Assembly (NCBI GenBank): GCA_963662265.2
Contig: CAXXHA010000008.1
Location: 64,001 to 128,000 of the forward strand
Direction: 5' to 3'
Source of the DNA: Spirochaetia bacterium
GTDB lineage: Bacteria > Spirochaetota > Spirochaetia > CADAEX01
Length of the DNA stretch: 64,000 bases
Shown here: positions 1-10,475 of the stretch, in pieces
Numbering within the stretch: the first letter of the stretch is position 1
How the letters are laid out: every line of letters begins with the position of its first letter
The notes under the pieces: generated by a model
Told to the model about the DNA's origin: nothing
Seen by the model: only the letters and a program-made list of their open reading frames with translations
Databases searched by the model: none
Position numbers and translations under genes: made by a program

Positions 1-895
1 ATTCTTCATTTCTAAGAGTTCTTACTTGATTTTTTGTATCCATTTTAAATTTTTCAAACACTTTAGGATGTTTTTTTGTAAAACTTGCTAAAAAATCTTT
101 TGTTATATGTCCTATATCTTCTCTTATACTTTTTTTTGTTACATATTTTTTAATTATTTTTCCTTTTTTATTTCGTTTAATTTTTACTAAATGGGAATCC
201 ATTTTTAAATGATCATATTGAAGGAAATTTAAAACAAAGTGTGTTGTATATTTTTGTGGAGTATAATCTTTTGAAAAAGAGACAATTCTTTTTGGTACTA
301 ATAATATTTTCATATTATTAACAATAAGACTTTCAATATATTCATTCTTCCATTCTTGCGTTTTTCTTTCCCAATAAAATCCAGAAGGAACTCCTGCTTG
401 TAAAGGCATTCCCCACAATTTACACTGATTTATAGTATATTCTATTAGATGTTTCTTAATGATATTTGTTGTTAAATCTGACATTTTATCTTTATCTACA
501 CCTTCAACAAATATTCTAAAATCTTCAATGTCTTCAACAATTCCAGTTGTTATTGCTTTACTTTTTAATAAATTATCAAATATCTTTTCAGTATCTTTTG
601 GACCTACACCTCTTCCATTAGGTTTACCTTTAGATAATCCTAAATGTGTTTCATTTGGTTCTTTTAAATGCGAAAAAATGTATTTTGCTTCTTTTATTTG
701 ATTTGACTGTAAATATGTTAGTAATAATGAAAAGAAGTTTTCAAGAGTTCTATTTGCATTATTTGCCCATGCAAAGTCACATGTTCCTAGATAATAAGGA
801 TCAATAAATAATGGCATATCACTATCAATATTGATATCTATAAAATCTAATTCATATTGAGTTTTATCTAGTTTAAAATACTTACTAATATTCAT
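1..895 (-). CDS. Cassette ORF, conserved hypothetical protein (3'-truncated by the window edge)
   Basis: Not in the ORF track. ATG at 895 gives MNISKYFKLDKTQYELDFIDINIDSDMPLFIDP...EPNETHLGLSKGKPNGRGVG...EGVDKDKMSDLTTNII, open to position 1. Confidence 0.8.
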   Translation of the reverse strand, partial: MNISKYFKLDKTQYELDFIDINIDSDMPLFIDPYYLGTCDFAWANNANRTLENFFSLLLTYLQSNQIKEAKYIFSHLKEPNETHLGLSKGKPNGRGVGPKDTEKIFDNLLKSKAITTGIVEDIEDFRIFVEGVDKDKMSDLTTNIIKKHLIEYTINQCKLWGMPLQAGVPSGFYWERKTQEWKNEYIESLIVNNMKILLVPKRIVSFSKDYTPQKYTTHFVLNFLQYDHLKMDSHLVKIKRNKKGKIIKKYVTKKSIREDIGHITKDFLASFTKKHPKVFEKFKMDTKNQVRTLRNEE

Positions 896-992
896 ACTTT
901 TTCCTAAATATTTTAATTATTGATAATATTATAATTGTACACCCAAATATTAAAATCAGACAGATAAAGTTATATGTTACTAAATATTTACA

Positions 993-1098
993 ATATAACA
1001 CCCAGTTGAGCTGTTTGTCTGTCCCGAAGGGTTGGCGCGTGTTCTTGCTCTGCAAGAACCGTGACAAAAGACAAATCTGCTCCAACTTTTTGTTACAC
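993..1098 (-). repeat. attC site (106 bp)
   Basis: atataac-acccagttgag...ctccaac-tttttgttacac; nearly identical to 8626-8731. Confidence 0.92.
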
Positions 1099-1175
1099 GA
1101 TTTATTCTTCAATATTTGAATATATAGTATAAATAATCATTCTTAAGTAATCCCTGATATATTATGTAAATAATT

Positions 1176-1517
1176 TTAAGCCTGGATAACACATCCCCAA
1201 CCATTATATTCTACATCAAATAATTTACTAATACATACAAATAAAGCTGAAATTGAACATAATATATTTTGTTGAATAAGCATATCAATAAAAACATTTA
1301 ATCTATAATCATTTTCATCAATATACTGTATTTCCGTTTTCCCATAATTATTATCTGTAATAAAATCTGCTACAATATTTAGTTTATCATTATCCTCAGA
1401 AGAAAATGTAAAATCTACAGTTCTTGATTTATTAAAATCATCTCCTTTTTTATCCAAGCTAAATAGAGTTTTTGTATCTTCCTCTGATATTTCTAATAAT
1501 TCTTCAACTAATTTCAT
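1176..1517 (-). CDS. RraB-like (ribonuclease E inhibitor) domain protein, cassette-borne
   Basis: L..KGDDF..SRTVDF.F and C-terminal YNGWG pattern of the RraB family; 113 aa. Confidence 0.65.
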   Translation of the reverse strand: MKLVEELLEISEEDTKTLFSLDKKGDDFNKSRTVDFTFSSEDNDKLNIVADFITDNNYGKTEIQYIDENDYRLNVFIDMLIQQNILCSISALFVCISKLFDVEYNGWGCVIQA

Positions 1518-1562
1518 TTTTAGTCCTATATTTATTTTTTATTAATATTTTTAATCTTAAAA

Positions 1563-1784
1563 TTAATAAGCATGATAATAAATAAATAATAATGCAAGAT
1601 AAAGTATTAAAATTAATCCTGACATTATTATTAACATTATTGAATATTTCACTGCAAGTTTGTTAGTAATTGTATATACTTTATAAAAAGCATAAATTGA
1701 AATAGATTTATTTTTTATACCATTTAAACCTTTAATCAAATTATAAAGTATTAAAGTAATAAAAATTAGGCCTAATAAAAACAT
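1563..1784 (-). CDS. Small two-TM hypothetical membrane protein (same cassette as the RraB-like gene)
   Basis: 73 aa with two hydrophobic segments; AGGA upstream. Confidence 0.45.
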   Translation of the reverse strand: MFLLGLIFITLILYNLIKGLNGIKNKSISIYAFYKVYTITNKLAVKYSIMLIIMSGLILILYLALLFIYYHAY

Positions 1785-1918
1785 ATTTATAGTATTCCTA
1801 TTAAAAAATATTTTTTACAATTGATACTATCATATAGTATTTTTTAGATATTTATATCTTTATTTTGACAATCATATAAATAATATTCTTTGTTTTATCT
1901 AAAAAGCCCTGTAAGGGC

Positions 1919-2054
1919 GTGTAACGACGATTTGAGTAGCAAAATTGATCGGCGTCTTCGCCGAATTGTCACGATTCTGGAGTGAGCGATCAGCGAACGT
2001 CTTTAGCCAGAATCGTGACAATAAATTTTGACTACTCCAAATCTCTTGTTATGT
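1919..2054 (-). repeat. attC site (136 bp, divergent type)
   Basis: gtgtaac-gacgatttgagtag...ctactccaaatctctt-gttatgt with an internal stem ttgtcacgattctgg/ccagaatcgtgacaa. Confidence 0.88.
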
Positions 2055-2135
2055 GCCGTTTATTATATATAAATATTCCTACATCTCACTATATAATTCT
2101 TTTTCCCTTTTTTATTACTCCCAATTTATATTCGT

Positions 2136-2600
2136 TTAATGATTCAAAACTATATTTTCATAATAAGATAAAATCTCTTTTTTATTCCAATTTCTTTGTA
2201 TCCATATACTTAAATTCATATGTACTACATGCCATGTTGCTGATACTTTTGTATTTTCAACAACATTTGTCTCTCTCATATGATAGATGGCAATTTTAGA
2301 GGCCATTATTGACATATCAGTAAATGGAAATTCATTTATATTTTCATTTGAACAAGATAAAATACCTCCCATTAACCATTTATACATCCAATATGGAGTT
2401 AATTTATGAAATTCATCAATATCTATATTTGGTTCATATAATTCCCATTTTTTTTCAAAATCTGTTTCAGTTATGGAACTAGATACTTTTTGTGGATAAT
2501 TATCAATATATGATAATGCATTATAATATACGAAAATAGGTAATAAAATTATAAATAGTACTATTATAATAATAACTATACCTAAAATTTTCTTAATCAT
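2136..2600 (-). CDS. Hypothetical protein with N-terminal membrane anchor
   Basis: 154-aa ORF in cassette orientation with a hydrophobic N-terminus. Confidence 0.7.
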   Translation of the reverse strand: MIKKILGIVIIIIVLFIILLPIFVYYNALSYIDNYPQKVSSSITETDFEKKWELYEPNIDIDEFHKLTPYWMYKWLMGGILSCSNENINEFPFTDMSIMASKIAIYHMRETNVVENTKVSATWHVVHMNLSIWIQRNWNKKEILSYYENIVLNH

Positions 2601-3069
2601 TTAGATTACCATGTCTTATTAATCTATTAGTAATTAAAAGTGCAATCATCATAATATATCCAATTATCCATATTGAACTTACCAATTTTATCGTATTTTC
2701 ATTTGCTATTGTAAAATCACTAAATGGCCAAAATATTCTCAAATCTTTATGCATCAAGGAATCTAAAAATAGATGTGATAAAACACCTGCTTCTCCACCT
2801 AATATGTATGAAATTATTGTAACGTCCTTAATTCTTATTTTTTTCATTATTATACCAAATATAATTGATACTGGTAGCATAATTGCGGAACCACCAATTA
2901 TCGTATGGCTGAATCCATGCAATTCGAAGTTACAATCAAAAAAAACAACCAAAAATGGCTGTATATCAATTATTATATTTGATATTACACACATTGGAAT
3001 ATTTATATATTTCTTTAGAATCATCCCAAAGCTTGCATTTTAACCAAAATGTAAAGGTGTTATTGGCAT
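2593..3069 (-). pseudogene. Membrane metal-dependent hydrolase-like protein (YdjM/DUF4184-like) with an in-frame TAA at codon 10
   Basis: ATG 3069 gives MPITPLHFG*, in frame with ORF 2593-3024 (motifs IIDIQP, HGFSHT, SHLFLDSLMH). RBS AGAAGGG lies before 3069. Confidence 0.6.
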
Positions 3070-3139
3070 TCGACCCTTCTTACTTATGAATGTTTTATTA
3101 TATTTCATCTTCTAAAGATGTAGAATCACTTTTTCGTGC

Positions 3140-3250
3140 ACATAACGCCCAGTTGAGCTGCTTCGCAGTACCAATAAAACATACTTCTTTGCTGCTGAAA
3201 TAATCCTGAAAGAAAAAAGTCGCGAAGTCTGCTCCAACTGATTGTTATCT
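3140..3250 (-). repeat. attC site (111 bp)
   Basis: acataac-gcccagttgag...ctccaactgatt-gttatct; same type as 9740-9851. Confidence 0.92.
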
Positions 3251-3259
3251 TTTATATTT

Positions 3260-4315
3260 TTAAAATGGTATATCAATACATTCATCAAATATTTTTTCTA
3301 TTGTAAATTCATCTAATTTTCTCAAGGAATTATAAAGCTTTTGTTTTTTATCAGTTTCGATCTTTTCTAATTTATCCAGATCACCATTTACAACTATTGC
3401 ACGATTACTCTTATTATTAATTAAAAAAGTACAATTTCTATCTAAATTATTTCTACTGTCATGAATTCTAATATTATTTTCTAAATCAATTTCTGAAAAC
3501 ATTGTCATAAAATCATACCAGTTTTCATTTTCTTTTATACTTTGTTTAAATAACTCTATTGAAATTGCATAATTATCTATACTTAATTCTTTTTTAATTG
3601 TAATGAAGAATTGTTTTGCATTATTCTCATTATCTAAATCTAAAATTACTTTATCAGCATCGTCTTTATTAACAGATCTTAATATATTTTTCGTTAAATC
3701 TTCAATTTTTTCATTTATTGCAGAAATTGATGTTAATGCATTTTGAGTTTTTTCGTAAATTTGATATTGACTCCTTTGAACAAGAAAATCATAAAACATA
3801 CCAGACCATTGTTTTCTTAGATAGTTTTTTATTTCATTAGTATACTGAAAACTAAAATATCCATTATTTACTTTTGAAGATCTAACTAAATCTATAAATT
3901 TGAATATATTTATAGCAAAATCTTGTTTTTCAATTGATGGAAAAATAATTTGATTAGCATTTTCTTTATTTTTTATATATATCCGATGATCTTCATTTAC
4001 TTCGTTTTTGACAAATGTAAATACAGGAATATTCAATTCTTTAGCGGCAATATATTCAGCATTGACAATAGATTTATTAATATCTGCAATATAATTACCA
4101 CCAAATCGTCCTCCGATGATTAATATAAATAGCTGACAATTTTGTATTTCTTTTATACATGCATCATGAGTATGTAAATCAGGATGATAAAATACATCGC
4201 CTTTTTCACTAAGAATTGTATCAAATCCGAATGATTTAACAAATTCAATAAGATTATCTCTTACATCTGCTAAATCATAACATGTTGAACTTATAAAAAC
4301 TTTTGGGCAAGCCAT
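3260..4315 (-). CDS. DUF4062-domain protein
   Basis: N-terminal KVFISSTCYDL...C...I..C.LFILIIGGRFG...SIVNAEY signature; AGGAG RBS. Confidence 0.85.
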   Translation of the reverse strand: MACPKVFISSTCYDLADVRDNLIEFVKSFGFDTILSEKGDVFYHPDLHTHDACIKEIQNCQLFILIIGGRFGGNYIADINKSIVNAEYIAAKELNIPVFTFVKNEVNEDHRIYIKNKENANQIIFPSIEKQDFAINIFKFIDLVRSSKVNNGYFSFQYTNEIKNYLRKQWSGMFYDFLVQRSQYQIYEKTQNALTSISAINEKIEDLTKNILRSVNKDDADKVILDLDNENNAKQFFITIKKELSIDNYAISIELFKQSIKENENWYDFMTMFSEIDLENNIRIHDSRNNLDRNCTFLINNKSNRAIVVNGDLDKLEKIETDKKQKLYNSLRKLDEFTIEKIFDECIDIPF

Positions 4316-4449
4316 TTTATACTCCTAATATTTTTAATATTATACTTATTTTAGTTAGATATTAATATTTCTACAACTTTTATATTAATAATATTCATTT
4401 ATGTTAACATAAATACTTATCATTCAAAGTTATTGGACATTTTGAATAA

Positions 4450-4557
4450 AGATAACGCCAAGTTGAGCTGTTTGACTGATCCCGAAGGGTTGGCGCGTGT
4501 TCTTGCAAAAGCAAGAACCGTGACAAAAGTCAAATCTGCTCCAACTTTTTGTTATCC
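4450..4557 (-). repeat. attC site (108 bp)
   Basis: agataac-gccaagttgag...ctccaacttttt-gttatcc. Confidence 0.92.
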
Positions 4558-4665
4558 GTTTCATCATTCCATGATAATATCCATAGACTTAATTAATTTT
4601 ATAAAATAATTTTTTCAATAAACATAATGTTTTTCAGGGTGGAGCTTTTATTATTAATCCTTAAA

Positions 4666-5160
4666 TTACTGAATCTCCTTCCCCATCCAAACAACACTAA
4701 AATATCTTCCAAATTTTTTTCCAATATTTTTAAATATTCCATATTCTATAAATCCATTCTTTTTATGGAATTTTATACTATTATTATTTTCTGAACAAAT
4801 ACTTGCTAATATTTTTTTTATTCCCATTTTTTCAGCTTCAGTTTCAAGTTTATTTAAAGCTTGTTTTCCAATTCCTTTACCTGTATATTCATGATGTATA
4901 AAATACATAATTTCAGCAACTTCGGAAAAAGTAGATAAAGATATATGAGGTTTAAGCATACAAAATCCCAGAATTTTATTTTTATCATCTTTAATTGCAA
5001 ACCCAGGATATTTTTTAGTTACTTCAAGAAAATTTAGGAAATGATCTTTTTTAACAGTATTTTCTCTATATGCAGCTGTTGTTTCTTTTATATAATAATT
5101 AAATATTTCCATTACATCATTTTGATGTTCAATACTTAATTTTTCAAATTTACATTCCAT
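4666..5160 (-). CDS. GNAT N-acetyltransferase (phosphinothricin/YncA-like)
   Basis: IFNYYI..TTA, GKGIG acetyl-CoA motif, N..SIKFH.K.GF...G.KFGR. Confidence 0.9.
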   Translation of the reverse strand: MECKFEKLSIEHQNDVMEIFNYYIKETTAAYRENTVKKDHFLNFLEVTKKYPGFAIKDDKNKILGFCMLKPHISLSTFSEVAEIMYFIHHEYTGKGIGKQALNKLETEAEKMGIKKILASICSENNNSIKFHKKNGFIEYGIFKNIGKKFGRYFSVVWMGKEIQ

Positions 5161-5493
5161 ATTTACTTCTCCACAAATATTATTCTTTTCAATATTTATT
5201 ATTTTTGATTTATAAAATATTTTTCATTAATTCTTAAAGTTGATTTTTTATCATGATGCAAAGTATATAATTTGATAGGTGTAAAATTATAATAATCCTC
5301 TAATAATGACTTATTGGATTTATTAAATATCATATTTTTTCCCATATATCTTATATTATCATTTTTTTCAATATTTCTCTATTTTCTTAATCTCGAAGCT
5401 TGTTAAATATTCTTTTTTATTTCAAAGATCATGGATTTCATAATTTTTACGGTTTATTTTATCAGTTTTGCTATATTTACCGCCCGAAGGGCC

Positions 5494-5686
5494 GGATAAC
5501 ACCAAGTTGAGCTGCACCGGTGGTTCCTGAGCGAAGCGAAGGATTGGCATGTGTTTTTGCATTCATTTCTTTGCTTTGAAAGCAAATCTGGAAGTAGTAA
5601 ATAACTGCTGCAATTCTTTTATAATTCTACTTTTTTCCTGCAAAAACCATGACAAAACCGGGGTCTGCTCCAACTTTTTGTTATAT
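5494..5686 (-). repeat. attC site, long class (193 bp)
   Basis: ggataac-accaagttgag...cctgagcgaagcgaagg...ctccaacttttt-gttatat. Confidence 0.88.
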
Positions 5687-6115
5687 TCTAAATCCTCGCA
5701 AGGTCAAATGGCAAGTTCTTTTTCCCCATTTTCCAACCCGAAGATATTCTGCAGATCTTCAATATTTCTATTCAGAACTGCCAGGCGATCATTTCGGCAG
5801 GGCTCACCGCCCAGACTTTTGCACCCCAATCGTTCGGCGATCCTCGGAAATAATCAAGCCCTTAAATTCCTACCCTATATTGGACGGCATCGGCGCTGGC
5901 CATTTCGCCAAAAAGAAGATCAAGAAAACAAACGCTTTTCAAAATTGAAAGCAATATGTGCGAAATGCACCCGCCCAAAATTTCTTTCCCTAAATTGGCA
6001 GGCTCTGGAGGATGGCGGGCCTCAAAATGCTGCAAGCCATTTCCCAAAAAATCCTTAATTTTTATACGTCTACCAGTTTATTGGCAGTTTTTACGGTTTC
6101 CGCTAACTTGTGTGA
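5687..6115 (-). other. Gene-less cassette, family A (copy A1, 429 bp); candidate structured ncRNA/ssDNA
   Basis: Bounded by gttatat/atataac and GC-richer than the coding cassettes. Near-identical to 13047-13475, but no ORF is conserved between the copies. Confidence 0.8.
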
Positions 6116-6234
6116 ATATAACGGCCGCATGACCTGCAAACCTGGCCTGAGGTAATCCGAAGGATTGGCGCGGTTCTTGCCTGAGCAAGAATCCGTGCCA
6201 AAAAGGTTTGACTGGTCAATGCGATTTGTTAAAT
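6116..6234 (-). repeat. attC site (119 bp, divergent type)
   Basis: atataac-ggccgcatgacc...ggtcaatgcgattt-gttaaat; the internal ttcttgc/gcaagaa stem is shared with the 106-108 bp type. Confidence 0.88.
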
Positions 6235-6249
6235 GCCCATAGTTAGTAA

Positions 6250-6807
6250 TCAATTATATTTTGCTGTAACCAAACATCTTTTACCTGTAGAACCAGATGA
6301 TTTATCAATCTCAATAATAACTTCTCTTATTGATTCAGCAATCTTTTCTGAGACGTTAAGATTTTCTATAACAAAGCAATTATGAAACTCACATTTCTTA
6401 TCAAAGGATATGTGCTCCTCTCCATGGCTGCCTATACCATAACTATCGATCATAATGAACGATGGATGTTTTGACAAAAGCTGATCTAAGACTTCTTCTT
6501 TTAAAATAGTACATTTTGCTCCATACTCAGGTGTTCCATAACCATTTTTCTCCAAATTTCCTGTATAAAGGAGAACCGCCTTACCTGAAATATCAAGCGA
6601 TGATAATTCGTTGCTTAAAGGCATTTTATCCAAGCAGTTTACTGTTACAACCTCTAATTCAAAATGCGTTTTATCTGGTACTTTACTATAACAATCTATA
6701 TGAGTTCCTATATGCCCAAAAGCATTTACAGAATCAGACTGGTTCTTTGCCCAAATATATGAAGGATGTTCTGAGTTAATCTCTATGCTTAATTTTATTT
6801 CATTCAT
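6250..6807 (-). CDS. Cyclase/kynurenine formamidase-like metal hydrolase
   Basis: HIGTHID motif, LLYTG, ID..G, VIENL. Confidence 0.85.
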   Translation of the reverse strand: MNEIKLSIEINSEHPSYIWAKNQSDSVNAFGHIGTHIDCYSKVPDKTHFELEVVTVNCLDKMPLSNELSSLDISGKAVLLYTGNLEKNGYGTPEYGAKCTILKEEVLDQLLSKHPSFIMIDSYGIGSHGEEHISFDKKCEFHNCFVIENLNVSEKIAESIREVIIEIDKSSGSTGKRCLVTAKYN

Positions 6808-6933
6808 ACTGTATACCTCTCAACAAACCTTATATTAATTATCAAAATTGATAAATTCAATATTTAGTCAGTCGTTTCTAGATCTTTTTTAATTTTTCAA
6901 GATTTATCAAAGGCACATGAAAAATCAAGGTGC

Positions 6934-7127
6934 ATTTAACGCCAAGTTGAGCTGCTCCGGCGGTGCCTGAGCGAAGCGAAGGATTGGCATGTGTTTTTGC
7001 ATTTATACTTTGCTGTTAGAAAAATATGTAAAATAAGTGTTTTTTAGCTGCATATTTTTAATAATTCTACTTTTTTTCCTGCAAAAACCATGTCAAAGCC
7101 GGGGTCTGCTCCAACTTATTGTTACAT
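6934..7127 (-). repeat. attC site, long class (194 bp)
   Basis: atttaac-gccaagttgag...ctccaacttatt-gttacat. Confidence 0.88.
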
Positions 7128-7523
7128 TCTAAATCCTCGTAAGATCAATTAGCAAGTTCTTTTTATCCATTTTTTAACCCAAATATATCCTGCAGATCTT
7201 AATTATTTTGCATTTTTTATGCAGGGAGTATACCAAAACATAATCCTTGGATAACCGTCACAATATTTTTTCGGCTCGCTCTTTTTCGGCTGAAAAGCGC
7301 TTAGCTGTTTTTTCATTAAACAGTTATATCTTTTATTTTCGATTGTAAAAGGCTGTCCACACAAAACTATACTCTAACCTCTTTTTGAATCTGGATTGAA
7401 TCAAAACAAAATCGCTTTTCTGCCGAGAGGGTCTCAAGATGATGCATACAATCCTAAAAATATCTTTTTTATCACTTCTACCACAATATCGCCAGTTTTT
7501 ACTGTTTCCAATAACTTTTGTGT
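7128..7523 (-). other. Gene-less cassette, family A (diverged copy A2)
   Basis: Both ends align with A1 (tctaaatcctcg.aag.tcaa.t.gcaagttcttttt; cagtttttac.gtttcc..taactt.tgtg); no credible ORF. Confidence 0.72.
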
Positions 7524-7714
7524 ATGTAACGCCAAGTTGAGCTGCACCGGTATGCCTGAGCGAAGCGAAGGATTGGCATGTGTTTTTGCTTAATTTCTCT
7601 GCTTTAAAAACAGATCTGGAAGTAGTAAATAATTGCTGCAATTTTCGATAATTCTACTTTTTTTCCTGCAAAAAACATGACAAAACCGGGGTCTGCTCCA
7701 ACTTTTTGTTATAT
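7524..7714 (-). repeat. attC site, long class (191 bp)
   Basis: atgtaac-gccaagttgag...ctccaacttttt-gttatat. Confidence 0.88.
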
Positions 7715-8062
7715 TCTAAATTCTCTTTTGTTTTTTTAACAACGCCAAAATAGTTCAAGTATCCAGACTTTCACAATTATATCATAAACCTTTACGTGTT
7801 TCACTTTCAGAAACAAAAGGCCATTATTTTCTTCCTGCGCGGGCTCAGCGTGGGGAGTTGGCCCCATTTCCACGAATCGCGTGGGCAATTATCGCCAAAC
7901 TTCACCACCCTCTATCCCTGCCAGGGTCGTGGAAATGTCTACCCTAGATTGGACTGTCAGGGATCGCCAGGTAGCCAGGACACCAATAATCCGGTCTGAA
8001 CCAATTCCATCCAACTTTTCCCAAATTCAGCTACGTTTTACAGCTCCTCAAATTTTGGTGGA
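7715..8062 (-). other. Gene-less cassette, family B (copy B1)
   Basis: Colinear homolog of 9852-10201; 11-bp stem catttccacga/tcgtggaaatg. Confidence 0.78.
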
Positions 8063-8258
8063 ATATAACGCCCAGTTGAGCTGCTCCGGTGTGCCTGAAG
8101 CGAAGCTGAAGGATTGGCATGTCTTTTTGCATTTATATGTTTGCTTTTAAAACATCAACTTAAGGATTCAAATAACTGCTACAATTTTTTTTATAACTCT
8201 ACTTTTTCTATGCAAAAAGCATGACTAAACCGGGGTCTGCTCCAACTGATTGTTATAT
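8063..8258 (-). repeat. attC site, long class (196 bp)
   Basis: atataac-gcccagttgag...ctccaactgatt-gttatat. Confidence 0.88.
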
Positions 8259-8625
8259 TCTAAACCCTCGCAAGGTCAATTAGCAAGGCAAGATTTATCT
8301 CTTAACGACCCGCCTATACGCAGTTGCTCTTTCAATAATTCGAAACAAAACAGCCAGGAGATCATTTCCTGACAGGCCATACCTCCCCAATTTTTTTGAC
8401 CCTAACTCGAGGGGCATATCTTGGAAATGATCAAGCCCAAGATTTTACTATTCATGAGTGGGCAGGCATTGTCAGGCCCATTTCACACCCCAGATTTTCT
8501 TTCCCTAATGGTCGGCTGCGCAGGATGAAGGGGCTTAAGACGCTGCAAACAATCCCCAAAAAAATCTTTTTCAAACTGTTTACCCGTTTATTGAGTGTTT
8601 TAATGGTTTCCACTAACTTTTGTGA
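8259..8625 (-). other. Gene-less cassette, family A (copy A3, lacks one internal module)
   Basis: Shares cctcgcaaggtcaa, gatcatttc/gaaatgatcaagccc, ttctttccctaa and taactt.tgtgaatataac with A1. Confidence 0.75.
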
Positions 8626-8731
8626 ATATAACGCCCAGTTGAGCTGTTTGTCTGTCCCAAAGGGTTGGCGCGTGTTCTTGCTCTGCAAGAACCGTGACAA
8701 AAGACAAATCTGCTCCAACTTTTTGTTATCT
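8626..8731 (-). repeat. attC site (106 bp)
   Basis: atataac-gcccagttgag...ctccaacttttt-gttatct. Confidence 0.92.
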
Positions 8732-8738
8732 ATTTTTT

Positions 8739-9620
8739 TCAAAAATAAGATATTATTCTTCTTTCTGATGTTATTAATTCAAATATTCTATCATTTTTTC
8801 CCTTATGCATAGTTTTTTTAATAATCCAATTCTTTTTATTGTCAAATGTATATTTATATTTTATTTCATCAGTAACTTTATTATCTTTATATGTTATCTT
8901 AAATCTTATATTTCCATTCTTATATTCTTTTTTACTTTTTAATTCATCATTTATATATTCTTCAGTTGATTTAATTCTTCCTTTTCCATCATAATTATTG
9001 ATAACTACCCAACTACTAACAGCTTCATTAGAAATAATATTAATTTGTCGGATTAAGTCTTTTCCTTCATATTCATTTTCTACTATTATTTTTGTTTTAC
9101 TTTCTGGACTTAAAGTCTTTTGCTTTTTTCTTATAATGAGTTCACCATCGTATTCATAATTTATTAAAGTAATATGCTCTTCTTCCCCATTTATTGTTTC
9201 TTGTTTTATTAAATTTCCAAATTCATCGTATTCAAATGTAGATTCTGAAACCGGGATATCATCTTTTTCAAATATTGTCTTACTATATACGATTTGATCA
9301 TTTTTTTTAGTATTTACAACTATATACTTTCCAAATATTATATCATAACATGATATTTCAATAATATCATTGTTGTACTTACGTTCTTCAGAATAAACAA
9401 TTTCATCATTCAGACTAAATCGTTTATATAAGATTCTTTCCCCATTATTATTTTTTTCTTCAATTTCTCTTTTATACTCATTCCCTAAAATATCACTTTC
9501 AAATATTTCGGTACTCTGTATAATGAAATCGTTTTTTTTATCTGTATTTTCTAGTACACACCCACAAACTATAATTTTCATTATTAGTAGTAGTACTTTT
9601 ACTTCATGTTTTACTTTCAT
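8739..9620 (-). CDS. Hypothetical exported protein with YD/RHS-like beta-hairpin repeats
   Basis: Repeated FEYDEFGNLI, YEYDGELI, NYDGKGRI and YTFDNKKNWI segments; hydrophobic N-terminus with Cys. Confidence 0.7.
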   Translation of the reverse strand: MKVKHEVKVLLLIMKIIVCGCVLENTDKKNDFIIQSTEIFESDILGNEYKREIEEKNNNGERILYKRFSLNDEIVYSEERKYNNDIIEISCYDIIFGKYIVVNTKKNDQIVYSKTIFEKDDIPVSESTFEYDEFGNLIKQETINGEEEHITLINYEYDGELIIRKKQKTLSPESKTKIIVENEYEGKDLIRQINIISNEAVSSWVVINNYDGKGRIKSTEEYINDELKSKKEYKNGNIRFKITYKDNKVTDEIKYKYTFDNKKNWIIKKTMHKGKNDRIFELITSERRIISYF

Positions 9621-9739
9621 TAATTGATCCTACATAATAATTCTCTAATTTTTATTTATTGAAATCGTTTTTAAATCCTTATTTTTATTTAAAATTATAT
9701 CATATTTTCCTTTTATTCTCTAATTTTCCACGAAGTGGT

Positions 9740-9851
9740 AGATAACGCCAAGTTGAGCAGCTTAGCAATCACTGTAAAACATACTTCTTTGCTGCTTGAA
9801 ATAATCCTGAAAGTAAAAAGTCGCGAAGTCTGTTCAAACTTTTTGTTATAT
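9740..9851 (-). repeat. attC site (112 bp)
   Basis: agataac-gccaagttgag...ttcaaacttttt-gttatat. Confidence 0.88.
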
Positions 9852-10201
9852 TCGAAATTCTTTTTCAGTTTTCAAAACAACACCAAAATAGATCAAGGAT
9901 CAAGATCTTCCCAATTATATCATAATCCTTCACGCGGCTCACTTCCCGAATCAAAAGGCCAGTATTTTCTTCCTGCGTGGGCCCAGCGTGGGCCGAGTTG
10001 GCTCCATTTCCACGAATCGCGTGGGCAATTATTTCCCTACTTCACCGCCCTCAATCCCTGCCAGGCCGTGGAAATGTCTACCCAAGATTGGACTGTCAGG
10101 GATCGCCAGGCAGCCAGGACATCATTAATCCGGTCTGAACCAACATCATCCACTTTTTCCAGAATTCAGCTACGTTTTACAGCTCCCCAAATTTTGGTGG
10201 A
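9852..10201 (-). other. Gene-less cassette, family B (copy B2)
   Basis: Homolog of 7715-8062; bounded by gttatat/atataac. Confidence 0.78.
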
Positions 10202-10277
10202 ATATAACGCCTAATTGAGTTGCGCCCTCGCAGGAGCGCAGCGACGAGAAGGCGTCAACTCCAATTTTTTGTTACAC
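10202..10277 (-). repeat. attC site (76 bp, short type)
   Basis: atataac-gcctaattgagttg...caactccaatttttt-gttacac. Confidence 0.9.
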
Positions 10278-10475
10278 GAATTATTCTTCCATATATAGAA
10301 TTTCAATCACACGTGTTTCTCTTAAATGTAAGATTTTTCTTCTTTCTATAAGTTGATATTACTCTACCTGAGGTGCCATGTAAACTTTTTTAATAATATA
10401 CAGCTGTTTTATACCATTTTCAGCATATTTACAGCTGCAGTTAATAATCCTTTAACATAGATAATTTTGAGATTT

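Noticed and set aside
5161-5480. Second gene in the long 5' region of the GNAT cassette
   Set aside because: Only short interrupted frames are visible; at most a decayed remnant.
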